From contig NC_068984.1 in assembly GCF_001194135.2 (NCBI RefSeq), positions 40,578,086 to 40,642,085 of the forward strand: 64,000 bases of DNA, written 5' to 3'. A program made the position numbers and the translations under genes. The DNA is from Octopus bimaculoides (lineage: Eukaryota). The notes under the pieces were generated by a model. It saw only the letters and a list, made by a program, of their open reading frames with translations, did no database searches and had not been told where the DNA came from. Shown piece by piece: positions 49,651 through 63,830 of this stretch (the first letter of the stretch is position 1; every line of letters begins with the position of its first letter).

Positions 49651-50499
49651 TCGTAACTGTTGAGGAACTAGCAGAGAAGCGTTGATTTGGTCATTTAACC
49701 GTTCATCGACAGCTACATGCCATCGGAAAAGTCAGCAAATTGGGTCAATGTGTTCCTCACAAACTTACCGAGTTTAATCGCACTCAGAGAGTGAATGTGT
49801 GCTCTTCTTTGCTGCCACGTCTCACGAATGAACCATTTTTTGGACAGAATATTGACTGGTGACGAGAAATGGGGTCTCTATAAAAATGTCAAGCGGCGAA
49901 GACAGTGGGTAGGGAAAGGAGAAACACCGGCACCTCAGGCTAAAGAAGGTCTTCACCCACGTAAGGCGCTGTTATCAGTTTGGTGGGATATGAAAGGTTT
50001 AGTCCACTTTGAACTTTTGAACCGAAACCAAACGAAAACAAAGATCTAATACGAGCAGCTTGAGCAGCTTAAGTCAGCGCTAGAAGTAAAAAATAACCAT
50101 GTATGATTTCAAGTCGAAAGGTATTCTTCCATCAGGATAATGCTCAGCCACATACAACGAGGATGACATTCCAAAGGCCGGAGCAGTTTGAATGGGAAAA
50201 GATACCCCACCCACCATATTCGCCGGACATTGCCTCATCTGATTATCATTTTATTTTGCAGTCTTCAAAATCATTTGGGCAGAAAAAATATGAATTCTGT
50301 AGACGAGGTCAGAACAGTACTGGAGGAGTATTTTTCGTCACGGACAAGTAAATTTTGGAAGAGGGGCCTTGCAAGTCTATCAGATAGATGGAAGAGCATT
50401 GTAGAAAATGAAGGAGAGTATATTTTAGATTAAAAAAGAACTTTATCTTGATTTTGAAAAATGAAAGAAGTATAAAAAGATCGCATTATTTATGGCATG

Positions 50500-50505
<6 letters not shown>
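49651..50505 (+). mobile_element. Mariner (DD34D) transposon, 5'-truncated, with right TIR
   Basis: KLGQCVPHKL, ILTGDEKW, WWDMKGLVHFELL, HQDNAQPH-x-HPPYSPDIASSDYH (34 residues between the last two Asp). The terminal 'cgcattatttatggcatgacccta' is followed by TA. Confidence 0.93.
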
Positions 50506-50572
<67 letters not shown>

Positions 50573-50779
50573 TCAACGTGTCATTTCATGTGTTTCTTTT
50601 TGCGCTCCCACCAAAAAAGACTGTCCTGAGATATGTATAGAGACTCCCTTTGCTATTGAATACTTACACAAATATCAACACAAGGAATATTTGTAGTGCA
50701 TTCCTATAAAAACTCTCAAAATGTCTCCCAAATGTAAACCCAACAGGCCGTATATAGTTGTTTATAATTGATCTCTATC

Positions 50780-51420
50780 AATTGCCGAAAGACAAAAGTC
50801 TTACACAGGTGAAAATCAATTCAAACCCATAAATCTTGTTGGACAAAATATTGAATTTTAATCCTTTTACATACTTTGGCAGCATTGGTAAAGATGGAAA
50901 ATCATAAATTGATGTAAAGACTAAACTTGGCGAAATAATTAGTTTTCCATCGATTGCGGCCAATATGGTCTTGCTGTTAAACTCACCAAGGCATTAAACT
51001 TCATCTATACACAGTTTTTGTCGTCTTTTCAGTATTGTATGCAAGCGGAACATGGAGGCAGGCGGGGGAGGGGGCAGGTTTTGCAATATGATGAATGTTT
51101 TCCCTCGCTAGTACCTAAGAAATATCACGAAAAATCACCTGATGTGACATCACAAACGATGAAACCATGAGAGGAGCAGGCGAAGGAAACTACTTAGCCA
51201 TGTATTACAGGAAGACTGGCAAAGACAACCGTCGGGCGGAACAGTTGAAATGGGAAGGGGAGAGAGAAGCAGACCGGTGAAGACGTAACAAAAACTGTGC
51301 GAAAAGCCTTGACCCAGATGGGTCACACCTGGGGAGCTGGGTGCAGTTTAACCCCGAATGGTTCCGCATGGAGACCTCTCATCACCCGATACCCGTTGAA
51401 CGAACGGAGATAACATCATC
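50780..51420 (+). mobile_element. Second RTE-clade LINE 3' remnant
   Basis: FTYFGSIGKDG...DVKTKLG, LYASGTW, RRRKLLSHVL, RPVKT, MGHTWG, and a (CAT)n-like end. Confidence 0.7.
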
Positions 51421-51449
51421 ATATATTTTGTTTGGAACAGGCACAAAAA

Positions 51450-51720
51450 TGTATGTACCGTCGTAGAAGTCAGCTGCCCTGATGATCAGGACTGCTCTTC
51501 GAAAGACGCTAATTACGGACAGTTGCATCGGAACCTTCTGGTTCTATACCCAGATTATAAATACACATTTATACCATTGATAATTGGTGCACTCAATTTT
51601 GTTTGCAAATGCCTAAGTGACAGTCTGAAAAGCTGGGTTTCCAGGAAAAGTAATAAACCAGCTAGCACGTTTATCATAGTAAAAATACGCAAGGTTCTTC
51701 TCAAGTTCAAACTGTGATAT
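51450..51720 (+). mobile_element. Third RLE-type non-LTR C-terminal remnant
   Basis: TVVEVSCPDD...NYGQLHRNLLVLYPDYKYTFIPLIIGAL...VKIRKVLLKFKL*, matching the R4/R2-like endonuclease terminus pattern. Confidence 0.7.
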
Positions 51721-51856
51721 TTTTATTAACATTCCAACAACGGAACATTGTATATTTTTTAGAAACCAACTCCTTCTTTACAGGAAAGTTTCCAACAATT
51801 AAAAATAAAGGAGAAAATACACACATACATACATACATACATGCACACACACACAC

Positions 51857-51904
<48 letters not shown>

Positions 51905-54900
51905 CTACGCATATACACACATATAAAAGCATATGTATGCGTACATAAATATACATGTGTGTTAGTGAGTGCGTGCGTGCGTATGCATGTATATGTATTT
52001 ATGTATGTATTTATACGAAAATATAAAAAAAATATGTGTGTATTTGTGCACATATGTATTGTGAAAATGCAAGTGAGTATGTGTGTATGTGTGTGTGTGT
52101 GTGTGTATGTGTGTGTGTGTGTTCGCGCATGTGTATGCGTGCGTGTGTGTGTTTGTTTGTGTTTGTGCGTGTGTATTTCGTTTCCCGGCTGTAGACATTA
52201 CAATTCACTTACGCTGTGAATACATTTGAGAAAAATATTAACATCTCACGATCATATTTCACTTCAGTAAATATCTAATCGCCTGTCAGTGAAAGAAGTC
52301 AATCATTTAATAGTAATATTGATTTCTTTCTACTAGGCACAAGTTTGTATATTTTGAAGTAAGGGGTGAGATGCGATATTTTCGAAAGGCATTTGCAATG
52401 TAAGTAAAGAAAAATAACTTTAACCAAAGATTGAAACTCCGACGTGGTCACGTCTACCCGAAAGCTTAACTTTTGCTCAACGTGGCTATTGAAAGAGAAA
52501 ATTAGTTTGTTTTTCAAAAATAAATAGAAGGAAAATAATCTTATAAAGTAAAAAGAAAAAATCATTGCTGTTACTTCTTTATTTGAAAGCCATGTTGATT
52601 ATAGTTAATTAGCGTGTTTTGGTTGATAGAAAAACACGTCAGTTTGTAATTTTGAAGAAATAAACAATTGTTTTATTTTTTTGTTTTTTGTTTCATAAAT
52701 GATCTGGTAAATTCTGTTTAATTCCGAACTATCTCACTGGAAACTGTCACATTTTCACTGTAAATATTACTTTAAGAATTAGGTCGGAAGCGAACAGTTG
52801 GATATTGTATACATTTAATTGGCGCCTGAGGTAAAATTCTTCACTCATATGTTTTTGTTTGCTTTCAACTCTGTGCTATAGACAAACTTTCTTTGTCTGT
52901 CAGCGATATTGGCTCGCTTCACACATGGCTGCACTAAATATTTACTTAGTGCTATGATGCTTTAAAGATGTCTGCTGCGATATTAAAACAACAAATCTCC
53001 TGCTATAATTTATTATTCCGTCTCATTGAATTTAGGAGAAAAGATTTTTATTTTTTTTTCTTGTGGTAAATTCGCCTCCCAATCGGTTGTTTCTTGCGTT
53101 CATTTATGGTAGACGAACAATTTACAAAATTTCGCTATCTCGGTAAGAAAAAGTTGTTTGAATCGAGATAAGGTGTTGAAATCTGGAATGAACGATCAAA
53201 AGTTCAGTTGAATAAACTCTAAGTGAGGCTAGATATAGGCTGTTGCTGTTGTCAGCTGGAACACTGAAAACTTAACGATTACTTCATTAGTTTGTAGTAC
53301 TAAATATAAGTTATAATCTTGTGGTTATTAAAGTCCCCGGTTCCCAGTATTGAAGTTTAGACGCTGATGCCTATTTTTAACCAACTCTTTCATCGAAATT
53401 TCGGAGAAGACTGTGTCTCAAAATGCAATCTTCGTTGTTGTTACTGTTGTTTAACTTCTGCTTGAGCAAGTATATGACGAGATGCATTCCAGCAGCAACC
53501 AACCATTTTGTTTTGTTTTGTTTTAGGACGTAAGAATAATTTGTTTTGAGTTAGAATATGATCTATAGGCGAAATATATAGTTGGTTTAATCAGTTCAGT
53601 GACTAGCTTGTTCTTGTTTATCGACTCAATTGAATGGAAGACAAAGCCGGCTCTCGGAGGCGTTAGCCCAGATCAAAGACATTCGAAATAAAATTCGGCT
53701 TCTACTGTAAACAAAAATGTCATGGCTGATCTATCACCAGGTACTGAGGATGTCATCTACTGACAAAAGTGAGGTGGTGCAGCTGTCGTTTCTGTAATAG
53801 GATTTTCTATAGTTCATCCATTTATCCGAGGGATTTGCGGCACAGTATTTGGAAAACTGCCAAAATATGAAAGTGATATTTTATCAAACTGCCGCCATTT
53901 CAACATTATTCTGCAATTGGTAAACATGGACACTTAATCGTCTATATCTCAAATAGTTAGAATGTGTCCATCAAAATAAGTTCCATGCCATCTTGTGGAA
54001 GGACTGCATGACCAAGAATGCTGTCTCAGAAAAAAACCCAACAGTCAAAGCATAGACTTAGCCTTTTGAAACACCGGCTACGATGGTTAAGATATATGGT
54101 TAGAATAAGACCAGAAAAATTTTCTAACCAAACTATCTTTAATGAATTAACCACCTGTGAAAAACCACAAAATAGAGCTGAAAAACATTAACCTTCAAAA
54201 TAGTTGGAACTAAGACAAAAACTTTGGATACTGAATCGATCCATCTAATGTGACATCGGGTCAAAAGAAAAAAAGGATGAAAAACGTAAGGACCACAAAT
54301 TGTAGCATCACGATTATATCTGCCGTCATCTTTTCTTTCCTTATCATCTTTGTCCTTTGCGTGAGGATTATTTTTCGAAGTTATCGACGCCATTAACATG
54401 GAGAGAACTGAACTTCTCGGACACGAAGAGCGGCGACTACGACAGCAATAAATAATCTTGCAGACAATTCATAGTCGTAGTCGATGTTTCACCAAGTAAA
54501 GCAAATACATGCAAGGTAAGCATATTTTCATCAAACAAAAGAAAAAGAAAGAAAATGAGGAAATGAGAACTATCAAGAGCATTTTGCAGTTTAGCACATA
54601 CATTTGGAAATAATATGGACATTTCTGTGGTTAGAATCACTGGTAGGAGAGATTCTTTCAGCGTTGGGGTATGGGTGGGGGTGAACAGCACTCACAAGCA
54701 CAAAAACGAAAATATTCTGTATTCTGGGAAGTTAACATTCGAACTTTTGATATGAAACATTTGGTAGAAGGAAAAACTGCATGGTTGTACTAACTATCGA
54801 AAATAAATGCAATTTTGTCCGAAGTAGTCACACAAACTGGTGAAAGAAGGATAGTAATCTAATTGCATATAAAAAAAAGTGACTAAATCTTTCATTGTAT

Positions 54901-57279
54901 CCTCCAAATAGAGATAGATTAGCTAATGTGTAAACTAGTTTCACGTAGATCGGGTAAGGACCAACATAAGGAATTATGTACATCATTTTAAAAACTGAAG
55001 ACGAAATAAGGAGACAAGCTGAGTTAGAGAGCCATACAACTTCCTATAGGCTTATACGACCATATATGGAAAGAAAAATATGAGAGTCGCTGTGGGAGGC
55101 ATCAAAGTCAACGCTGGCCATGGGTTTGTGATAACTTCCATGATACAATAAAGGCGGCGTAGGGTCTCTATAGATATAGAAGTCCGTTTGAACCCTCGTA
55201 AACATTAAAACTAATCCAGTGCTATGCACTCTGACAGATCCAGAAGAGAATAATAGAGATAACAACAGCAATAGTAAGCCGTAGAAACTTCTGTATCTAG
55301 TAGTAGCTTCGGGGAACATCAGAAGACATTGCGTCTTCTTTAGCTTAAAGAGATGATAAAGAACTCGAGGAATCCCTACTCGTCCAAAAGCAGCGGTACC
55401 ACCCCATCATCTTGCGAATATAAAAAGGAGCAAGGGTGGCTGATAGATAAAGACCGCAGGAAAGACTGGAAGATGTTAAATTGTTCCGTTCTCTCGCACA
55501 TCAACACAAAAAAGAGCTCATCTCCAAGTGAAGGTAAGTAAAAATTATGAGGAGAAGCTCGCCCCATTCACGTTGTATTAAAGTCTGCAGTTCGCAAGAC
55601 AAAGAACTTCAGGTAAACAGAAAGCGTCTACAAGGCCATTTCGGAACAATATATAGGGTCCGATATGCTTTGATAAAAATCGACGAACAATGTTAAAGAA
55701 TTTTACGTAAACTATTACCGGGACGTAAGCATTTTCCTAGTTCTGACCCCCCAAAATTGCTTAAGGAAACTTCTGATACAAGCAATTACCTGAACTACAA
55801 GTCTAGGAAAGAGATGACAGAGTGAAACGATCAAAAAAGTCGGAAGCCTTGATTTGACCCATGTGGAATTTTCTCACCTGTATATGGGCGGGTTGCCCCA
55901 TTTTCATTAAATTGTATTCATTCATTCTTTTTTTAAAAATTATATTTGCGTTTGACGTATTCAATCATTATGTGTAACTATTCTATGTATTTTAAAATTT
56001 GGTAACAAGCCTTACTATATTTGTAAAATTTGTAAAACATATCCACTTGCGTTCCTTTTATGACACGTTGTTTTATGACTGAAATATGTTATGTGTTACT
56101 TTATCGAAATATAGCCATATCATATGCAAGGAAGAGTTAAGTATAATAAAGTAAAACAGCATTGAAATAAAAGAAACATTTAATCGATCAGAATACATAT
56201 TGGTTTTTAACTTCATCTTCTTTCACAGAACACATTGCCATCTTCTGATATAAATTCGTGAAGTAGTTAAGGAATATAAAAAAGACAGTAAGAAAATATT
56301 CATACAACTATTTTTCTGGAATGATTGAATGGAGGAAACTGAAGTAGACAGAGCGTGTGCAATTGTCTAGGTCACTTGTGTTTTCAGTGAGATCTCGAGG
56401 TAAAAACAATGATAGGCAGATAGATCATTTAAAAGATGTAGCTTATTACAACATTGGAGAAAAATATGAATCACTATTCTTTGTCTGTTTTCTCTCTCTC
56501 TCACTCCCTCTATTTGATCCTCTCTGTATAATGACACATGCATATACACCTGCACACAGATACATTTATGCTAATATGACAACAATAATATTTGTCTCTT
56601 TGTCTCTCAATATATATGAATGTATGTAAACAGATAAACACATAAAATTTCGCAACACGATCATTAAAAACATTTAGGTAAATTATGAAACCAACGTTTT
56701 TAACATCAAAAAAATTCTTGTTTTCAATTATTGTATCGTAAGTTAGCTAAATATCTTTAAAGATTCCGTCGAGAAATCTGTTTGTGTACACACACATATG
56801 AAGACAGCTCGTAGTCAAATAATTCTGTTTTCATATTCGTATATACGTACTTGTGTGTACGTGTATGCGAATGCCATTATACATTCAGAAAAAGAGAGAG
56901 TGAGGGAGAGAGAGATATACAAAGAGAGAGTGAGGGAGAGAGAGATATACAAAGAGAGAGAAAGAGATTGAGATACAAAGAGAGAGAAAGAAGCGGACAG
57001 AATAACGATTCATATTTTTATTCCAATGTATGTAATGATAGTGTTGAGAAATGTATGTGTGTGTCTATGTACATACATTCATATTTGCATACATACAGAG
57101 GAGTAAGAGAGTGAGAGGGTTTTTTTAAAATCAAACCGGAAGTTATGTTACAGACGGACGGATTTCAATAATATCATAGTAATGATTTGTCCGTGTTCCA
57201 GAACATTTTTGTAGTACTTTAGAGTTTCGTTGACTCTGCACTGAATCATGATAAACAAATAAACTCATTTTTATGAAAG

Positions 57280-57480
57280 TTCCAGCAGATTCATTTGATA
57301 AAATGCTTAGAGGTAATTCTTTCGGCTCTTTCCGTTCTGAGTTCAGACTCTACATTGGTCAACTTTGCCTTTTATCCTTTTGAGGTCAATAAAAATAAGT
57401 ACCAGTTGAGTACAGCGTTGATGTAATCCACTATCCACCTTTCATAAAATTTCTGGCTTTCTGCCAAAATTTGAAACTGC
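57280..57480 (+). mobile_element. SINE family B, degenerate
   Basis: 'aaatgcttagagg...gttctgagttcaga...gtcaactttgcctttt...aataagtaccagttgag'. Confidence 0.75.
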
Positions 57481-57482
57481 GT

Positions 57483-57915
57483 GGTAAGAAGTTTACTCCC
57501 TAGGCACAAAATTCCGAGTTCCTTCCCATTGCATGGCACTTTGGACAAGTGTCTTCATCTTTAACATCGGAATGGCCAAAACCTTTGAGTGGAGTTGGTA
57601 GACGGAAACTGAAAGACACCCATCATGATAAACATGTTCGTGTGCGTGCGCGTGTGTGTGTGTGCGTGTGTGCATGCTTGCGTATGTGAGTGTATGTATG
57701 TGTGTCTTTGTGTTTCTCCTGCAGCACCACTTGACAACCGGTGTTGATTTGTTTACGTCCCCGTAACATAATGGTTCGGCAGAAGAGATCGATGGAATAA
57801 GCACCGGGCTTTATAAATAAGTTTGGGATTGATTTGCCCTACTAAACTCTTGAAGGCGGTGCCACAGCATGGCCGCAGTCTAATGATTGAAACAAGCAAA
57901 ACATAAAAGATAAAA
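57483..57915 (+). mobile_element. SINE family D/E, older full-length copy
   Basis: Head, core, internal (TG)n and 3' module all present. Confidence 0.85.
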
Positions 57916-58019
57916 TACAATGGAAGGTTTTCGAGGCCTCTCTTCATGGCGGCGATGTTATTGCTCTTACTATGCTTTATAACAACAATTCAAAACAATA
58001 CGAGTTTCGTGGTAAGAAT

Positions 58020-58142
58020 ATAAGCGTGGCTGTGTGGTAAGAAGTTTGTTTCTCAACCGCATGGTTCTGGATTGAGTACCACTACGTGGTACCTTGGGCA
58101 AGTACGTTCCATTATAGCCTCGAGTCGACCAAAGCCTTGTGA
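58020..58142 (+). mobile_element. SINE family D/E head and core fragment
   Basis: 'gtggctgtgtggtaagaagtttg...accttgggcaagt...gtcgaccaaagccttgtga'. Confidence 0.8.
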
Positions 58143-58678
58143 AAGATGTTTGTTATCAAAGTTTCTCTTCCACGTTAACTTATTCTTAGATGTATTCGTT
58201 ATATGAGGTTTTAGTATTTCATGGTTCCCCTATCACTTAATAAACTATCGCAATTACTATTGTGATATAAAATGAAAGGCAATCCAATATACCTTTGGCT
58301 TGGTATAAAACCCGTAAATTACAGGCATTTTAAATAGAAATTGCCTGGTCTAACACCTTTCTCGGAGGCATGAGTAACATAAATGAAGCGACATCTTCTG
58401 TTAGTAGTACCAGAAAATTTCCAATTCTATTATGGTGCTCGATAATTTAAAATACATAGAAAAAAGGAAGGAAATAGATACATGTTTTCTAAGTCAGAAT
58501 AATTTTTAACATCAAAATTATACTTAACAGTCTGTAATGTCAAGGGAGAGTCATTATGGCAATATTATTAACACGCACACTGGTTCAATTCTACTCCTTT
58601 ATTATTATTATTCAATTGGTTAAATATCCAAACAATCGATGAGTTAGTAGGATATTTAACAAATTAACTAATGATAAT

Positions 58679-58890
58679 CTTTTCTACTCTAGACACAAGG
58701 CCCGAAATTTTGGGGGAGAGAGGAGTCAATTAGATCGACCCAGTACGCAACTGGTACTTAATTTATCGACTCCGAAAGGATGAAAGGCAAAGTCGACCTC
58801 GGCGGAATTTGAACTCAGAACGTAAAGACGGACGAAATACCGCTAAGTATTTCGCCCGGCGTGCTAACATTTCTGCCAGCTCGCCGCCTT
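58679..58890 (-). mobile_element. SINE family B, young full-length copy with TSD
   Basis: AAATTAACTAAT at 58661-58672 and 58891-58902 (extends to 18 bp with one mismatch). Confidence 0.95.
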
Positions 58891-58983
58891 AAATTAACTA
58901 ATAATAATGGAACGGAATTGAACCAGTACGAATATTAAAAATATTGATATAATGACTTTCCCAAGATACAACNNNNNNNNNNC

Positions 58984-59147
58984 TGTGTGGTAAGTAGCTT
59001 GTTTACCAACCACATGATTCCGGGTTCAGTACCACTGCGTGGCATTTTGGGCAAGTGTCTTCTACTATAGTCTCGAGCCGACCAAAGCCTTATGAGTGGA
59101 TTTGGTAGACGGAAGCTGAAAGAAGACCATCGTATATATGTATATGC

Positions 59148-59185
<38 letters not shown>

Positions 59186-59402
59186 TTGTGTGTCTGTGTT
59201 TGTCCCCCAACATCGCTTGTCAACCGATGCTGGTGTGTTTACGTCCCCGTAACTTAGCGGTTCGGCAAAAGAGACTGATAGAATAAGTACTTGGCTTACA
59301 AAGAATAAGTCCTGGCGTCGATTTGCCCGACTAAAGGCGGTGCTCCAGCAATGCCGCAGTCAAATGACTGAAACAAGTAAAAGAGTAAAAGAAAAAGAGT
59401 AA
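58984..59402 (+). mobile_element. SINE family D/E, young copy with (AAGAGTA)n-like tail
   Basis: Clearest copy of the bipartite structure in the window. Confidence 0.92.
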
Positions 59403-60345
59403 AGTATGCAAAAAACAAAGTATACTTAACATTGTTTAACAGTATTTAACCTATNNNNNNNNNNNNNNNNNNNNNNNNNNNNNNNNNNNNNNNNNNNNNN
59501 NNNNNNNNNNNNNNNNNNNNNNNNNNNNNNNNNNNNNNNNNNNNNNNNNNNNNNNNNNNNNNNNNNNNNNNNNNNNNNNNNNNNNNNNNNNNNNNNNNNN
59601 NNNNNNNNNNNNNNNNNNNNNNNNNNNNNNNNNNNNNNNNNNNNNNNNNNNNNNNNNNNNNNNNNNNNNNNNNNNNNNNNNNNNNNNNNNNNNNNNNNNN
59701 NNNNNNNNNNNNNNNNNNNNNNNNNNNNNNNNNNNNNNNNNNNNNNNNNNNNNNNNNNNNNNNNNNNNNNNNNNNNNNNNNNNNNNNNNNNNNNNNNNNN
59801 NNNNNNNNNNNNNNNNNNNNNNNNNNNNNNNNNNNNNNNNNNNNNNNNNNNNNNNNNNNNNNNNNNNNNNNNNNNNNNNNNNNNNNNNNNNNNNNNNNNN
59901 NNNNNNNNNNNNNNNNNNNNNNNNNNNNNNNNNNNNNNNNNNNNNNNNNNNNNNNNNNNNNNNNNNNNNNNNNNNNNNNNNNNNNNNNNNNNNNNNNNNN
60001 NNNNNNNNNNNNNNNNNNNNNNNNNNNNNNNNNNNNNNNNNNNNNNNNNNNNNNNNNNNNNNNNNNNNNNNNNNNNNNNNNNNNNNNNNNNNNNNNNNNN
60101 NNNNNNNNNNNNNNNNNNNNNNNNNNNNNNNNNNNNNNNNNNNNNNNNNNNNNNNNNNNNNNNNNNNNNNNNNNNNNNNNNNNNNNNNNNNNNNNNNNNN
60201 NNNNNNNNNNNNNNNNNNNNNNNNNNNNNNNNNNNNNNNNNNNNNNNNNNNNNNNNNNNNNNNNNNNNNNNNNNNNNNNNNNNNNNNNNNNNNNNNNNNN
60301 NNNNNNNNNNNNNNNNNNNNNNNNNNNNNNNNNNNNNNNNNNNNN

Positions 60346-60382
<37 letters not shown>

Positions 60383-60794
60383 ACATATATACATGTATGT
60401 ATGTATGTATGTATGTATGTATGTATGTATGTATGTATGTATGTATGCGTTTGTTGTTGCAGACGACCGCGTATTAAGGATTATTTCGACAAAAGCTTCA
60501 CGGGACATCGCTAACAATCAATAAAACGGAAATAAATCAAAATATATAGCGCGACAAACATCTATATAACAACAACACACGTTCACACACAACAAACACG
60601 CATATAGATATAAATATAAATATCAACAAAAATACTATCGTTATCAACATCAGAAACACTATCAATAGCAGTAGTAACAACAACAACAAAGATAAAAACA
60701 ACAGCAATAATAATTATGATAATGATGATGATGACGACGACGACGACGGCGACGATGTTGATGATAAATAATAAAAAAAATAATATTGATGATT

Positions 60795-60885
60795 GTTTCG
60801 AATTTTGGCGCAGGGCTAGCAGCTTTTGAGGAAAGGTGGGAGTCGATTACATCGACCTCAGTACTTGACTGGTACTTTAACCCTT
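60795..60885 (-). mobile_element. SINE family B 3' fragment next to trinucleotide low-complexity DNA
   Basis: 'aattttggcgcagggc...gagtcgattacatcgacctcagtacttgactggtact'. Confidence 0.7.
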
Positions 60886-61059
60886 TAAAGTCGGGTGTGA
60901 CTTATTGACACAACATGCTTTCTTCTGCAGAGGACGGGTGTGGCTTAATGACACACTGCCAATTGATTGTCATCTTGTATTTTTTACGGTTTTTTATTTG
61001 GGGGCGGCCCGAACGAAAAGACTTGCTATTTATACCCGGCCTTAAAGGATTAGGCAATA

Positions 61060-61072
61060 ATGATGATGATGG

Positions 61073-61121
<49 letters not shown>

Positions 61122-61150
61122 GGTGGTGGCGGTGTTGTTGATGGTGATGA
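61060..61150. repeat. (GAT)n-(GGT)n microsatellite
   Basis: Visible directly. Confidence 0.95.
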
Positions 61151-61429
61151 TTTGAAGAGGCGATTAAAGACGCTGGTCACTGAAGAATGGTGAGTTATTA
61201 CGTCTGTCGTTGGAATCTTGGTTACTATTAGTAACAAGTTACAAACTGGATTGAAAAAGATAGGGGTAATTACGGTAGATAGAGCATCGGCAGAAAACAG
61301 TGACACTTTAAACTGTACGAATTCTCCGCTGAATCCTCGAAATCTAAAAATGAAGAATGTTACCTTAGTCCACTTTGTTGTTGACTTGACAGAATTAGGA
61401 AAACACCTAATTTATCCTCTTACAAGAAA

Positions 61430-61700
61430 ACATCAAAATAACTACCCACCGCTATTTCAACACGGTACTATTAAGAACTAACTTTAACGAGTATATAAGA
61501 AACATCTCTACTGAAATAACAAGACCAGAAAGAGAAAGATATAATGGTTCAACCTGCCATATAGCATGACTGTAAATCTCTACATAGCTAGAACTTTCCT
61601 CTTGTAAAATCAACTGGAGCTATCTGAATACCATCTTCATTTAGATTTCGCAAAGTAGATACCAAAACATATCACCAGCCAATCTCTAATCACCCAGGCC
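61430..61700 (+). mobile_element. Penelope-like fragment of a second lineage (WFNPP-type region)
   Basis: I*WFNLPYSMTVNLYIARTFLL matches the 'IIWFNPPYS..V.TNI.R.FL.L' segment of PLE ORFs. Confidence 0.6.
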
Positions 61701-61879
61701 CGTCTCAAAAGCCAACCTCCAATTACTGATCCACTCAAAATCTGGGAAAGTATCTACGGCTTAATGTCTGATTGAAAATTCAATAGGTGGCGTTAAGGGA
61801 CGTAACTGAATACTGAAAAGCCTTGTATTTAGCGCTGTCCTAAATCTGTCACGTTTCTGTTATCCATTTAATAATTTAG

Positions 61880-62050
61880 ATATCAGGTACAAGGTCACAA
61901 ATATATGGGTAGGGGTAGGTCGATTAAATAAATCTTAGTACTTGCCTGGTACTTCTTCGACCCTAGAAGAATAGATAGTAAAGTAAGCTTCTGCAGGATT
62001 TGAACTCAGAGGGTAAAAAAGACGCTGCTCTGCTAATTTTACCAACCACC
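61880..62050 (-). mobile_element. SINE family B, highly degenerate
   Basis: 'caggtacaaggtc...ggtcgattaaat...ctggtactt...cgaccc...aggatttgaactcaga'. Confidence 0.6.
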
Positions 62051-63728
62051 ATCATGATAATTACAATTGAGTCCCAGTGTGGATCAATAGGTCTTTCAAA
62101 AATAACAGTTAAATCCTAGTTTGAAGGACACTGTGGTTGGTATTATAAGTATATTATGTTTGAAACGAAGACAGACTGTTCACATTTGGTGCAGGCTTCA
62201 TCAGAGCACTTAAGAACAAATATATTAACTTTGATACAATAATAGCTTCTAACACAAGTACAGATATTTTCTAAGAAGTGTATCGTCGATTATATTTACC
62301 TTAGTTATTGATTTATAGTTTAGTTTACTGACACTGGGGAGAGGCAAAGTTAACCTTCGTGGGATTTGAGCGCAAAATAGAAAGGGCAGTGACTAAATAT
62401 CGCAAAGTATTTTCATCTGCTCTCTGACAATATTTCTAGTCCGCTTATTCTAAATATTACTCACGATAAGTTTTGCGCATGCGTAAGCGGGCGCATATGT
62501 AGTTTGTGCGTGTGCGTATGCATGTGTGTGTTGAATTTGTTGTAATTTCTGTTGTTGTTTAGACCATGTTAGCCGCGACTGAACAGACCTATCATCAAAG
62601 ATGTTACCGTTTCTCATCCAACGTATACTCCTTCTTTTCAAGACGGCTGATATAATTTGAGGGAGATTCAACTGCTGTTTGTTTTTTGTTTTTTGTTTTT
62701 TTGCTGGTCAAGCGACCACGTAGAGGCCATGTATTGACTTGAGTGGCTTGTATAGTCAAATTATGTAATGTTTATATAAAATTCTTCTAAAAGCTCGTTG
62801 AGAGAATATCAAGAATATCAAGCAAATAACACTGCTCACGCACGTGTGCACAGTATGGCATACATCGCATATGTATGTGAGCGTGTGCACATGTGCGTGT
62901 GAGTGCATGTGTATGTTTTTATGAATGTGTATGTATATGCGTTGGCGCGCAACATATAGATAGACAGACAGACAGAAAGATAGTTACACAGATAGCTAGT
63001 CAGACAGACAGAGAAAGAGTGAGAGAGTGCATATATACTTTACTATTCTTCGTTTGTTTATTTGTCGGTGTTCTTGATTTTTCTTTTACGCCTCAGGTTT
63101 TAAGAATTAATGAAAATTATGTAAAATACTTCATCTTGCAGGTGCATTTAAGATGACAATCTACAACCTTTATGCAATGTAAGACGCATCAATCATATAG
63201 CAAAGAAAAGAAAAACTTGTATATTATATTCGATCCTTTTGGCAGTGTATCGCTGTCAACACAGCAGCCATTGTATCTAAGATTAATTTTCGAAAGCAGA
63301 GTATATAATTAATTTCAAGTCATAATTCATGTTCTCGTTTTGAATGATGGGTGTTTAAGAAAAATAATCTATTTAATCCATTACAGTGGAATTAAAAAAA
63401 TTTAGTCTACATAAGCAAGTAGGATCATATNNNNNNNNNNNNNNNNNNNNNNNNNNNNNNNNNNNNNNNNNNNNNNNNNNNNNNNNNNNNNNNNNNNNNN
63501 NNNNNNNNNNNNNNNNNNNNNNNNNNNNNNNNNNNNNNNNNNNNNNNNNNNNNNNNNNNNNNNNNNNNNNNNNNNNNNNNNNNNNNNNNNNNNNNNNNNN
63601 NNNNNNNNNNNNNNNNNNNNNNNNNNNNNNNNNNNNNNNNNNNNNNNNNNNNNNNNNNNNNNNNNNNNNNNNNNNNNNNNNNNNNNNNNNNNNNNNNNNN
63701 NNNNNNNNNNNNNNNNNNNNNNNNNNNN

Positions 63729-63830
<102 letters not shown>

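Noticed and set aside
53740-53790. CTGAGGA followed by a 5-bp hairpin TGTCA/TGACA
   Set aside because: No GAAA, stem III or cleavage triplet follows.
62165-62210. Minus-strand 'CTGATGAAGCC...GAACAGTCTGTC' hammerhead-like motif
   Set aside because: GAAA is incomplete and neither stem I nor stem II pairs. It is also on the opposite strand to the nearby PLE fragment.
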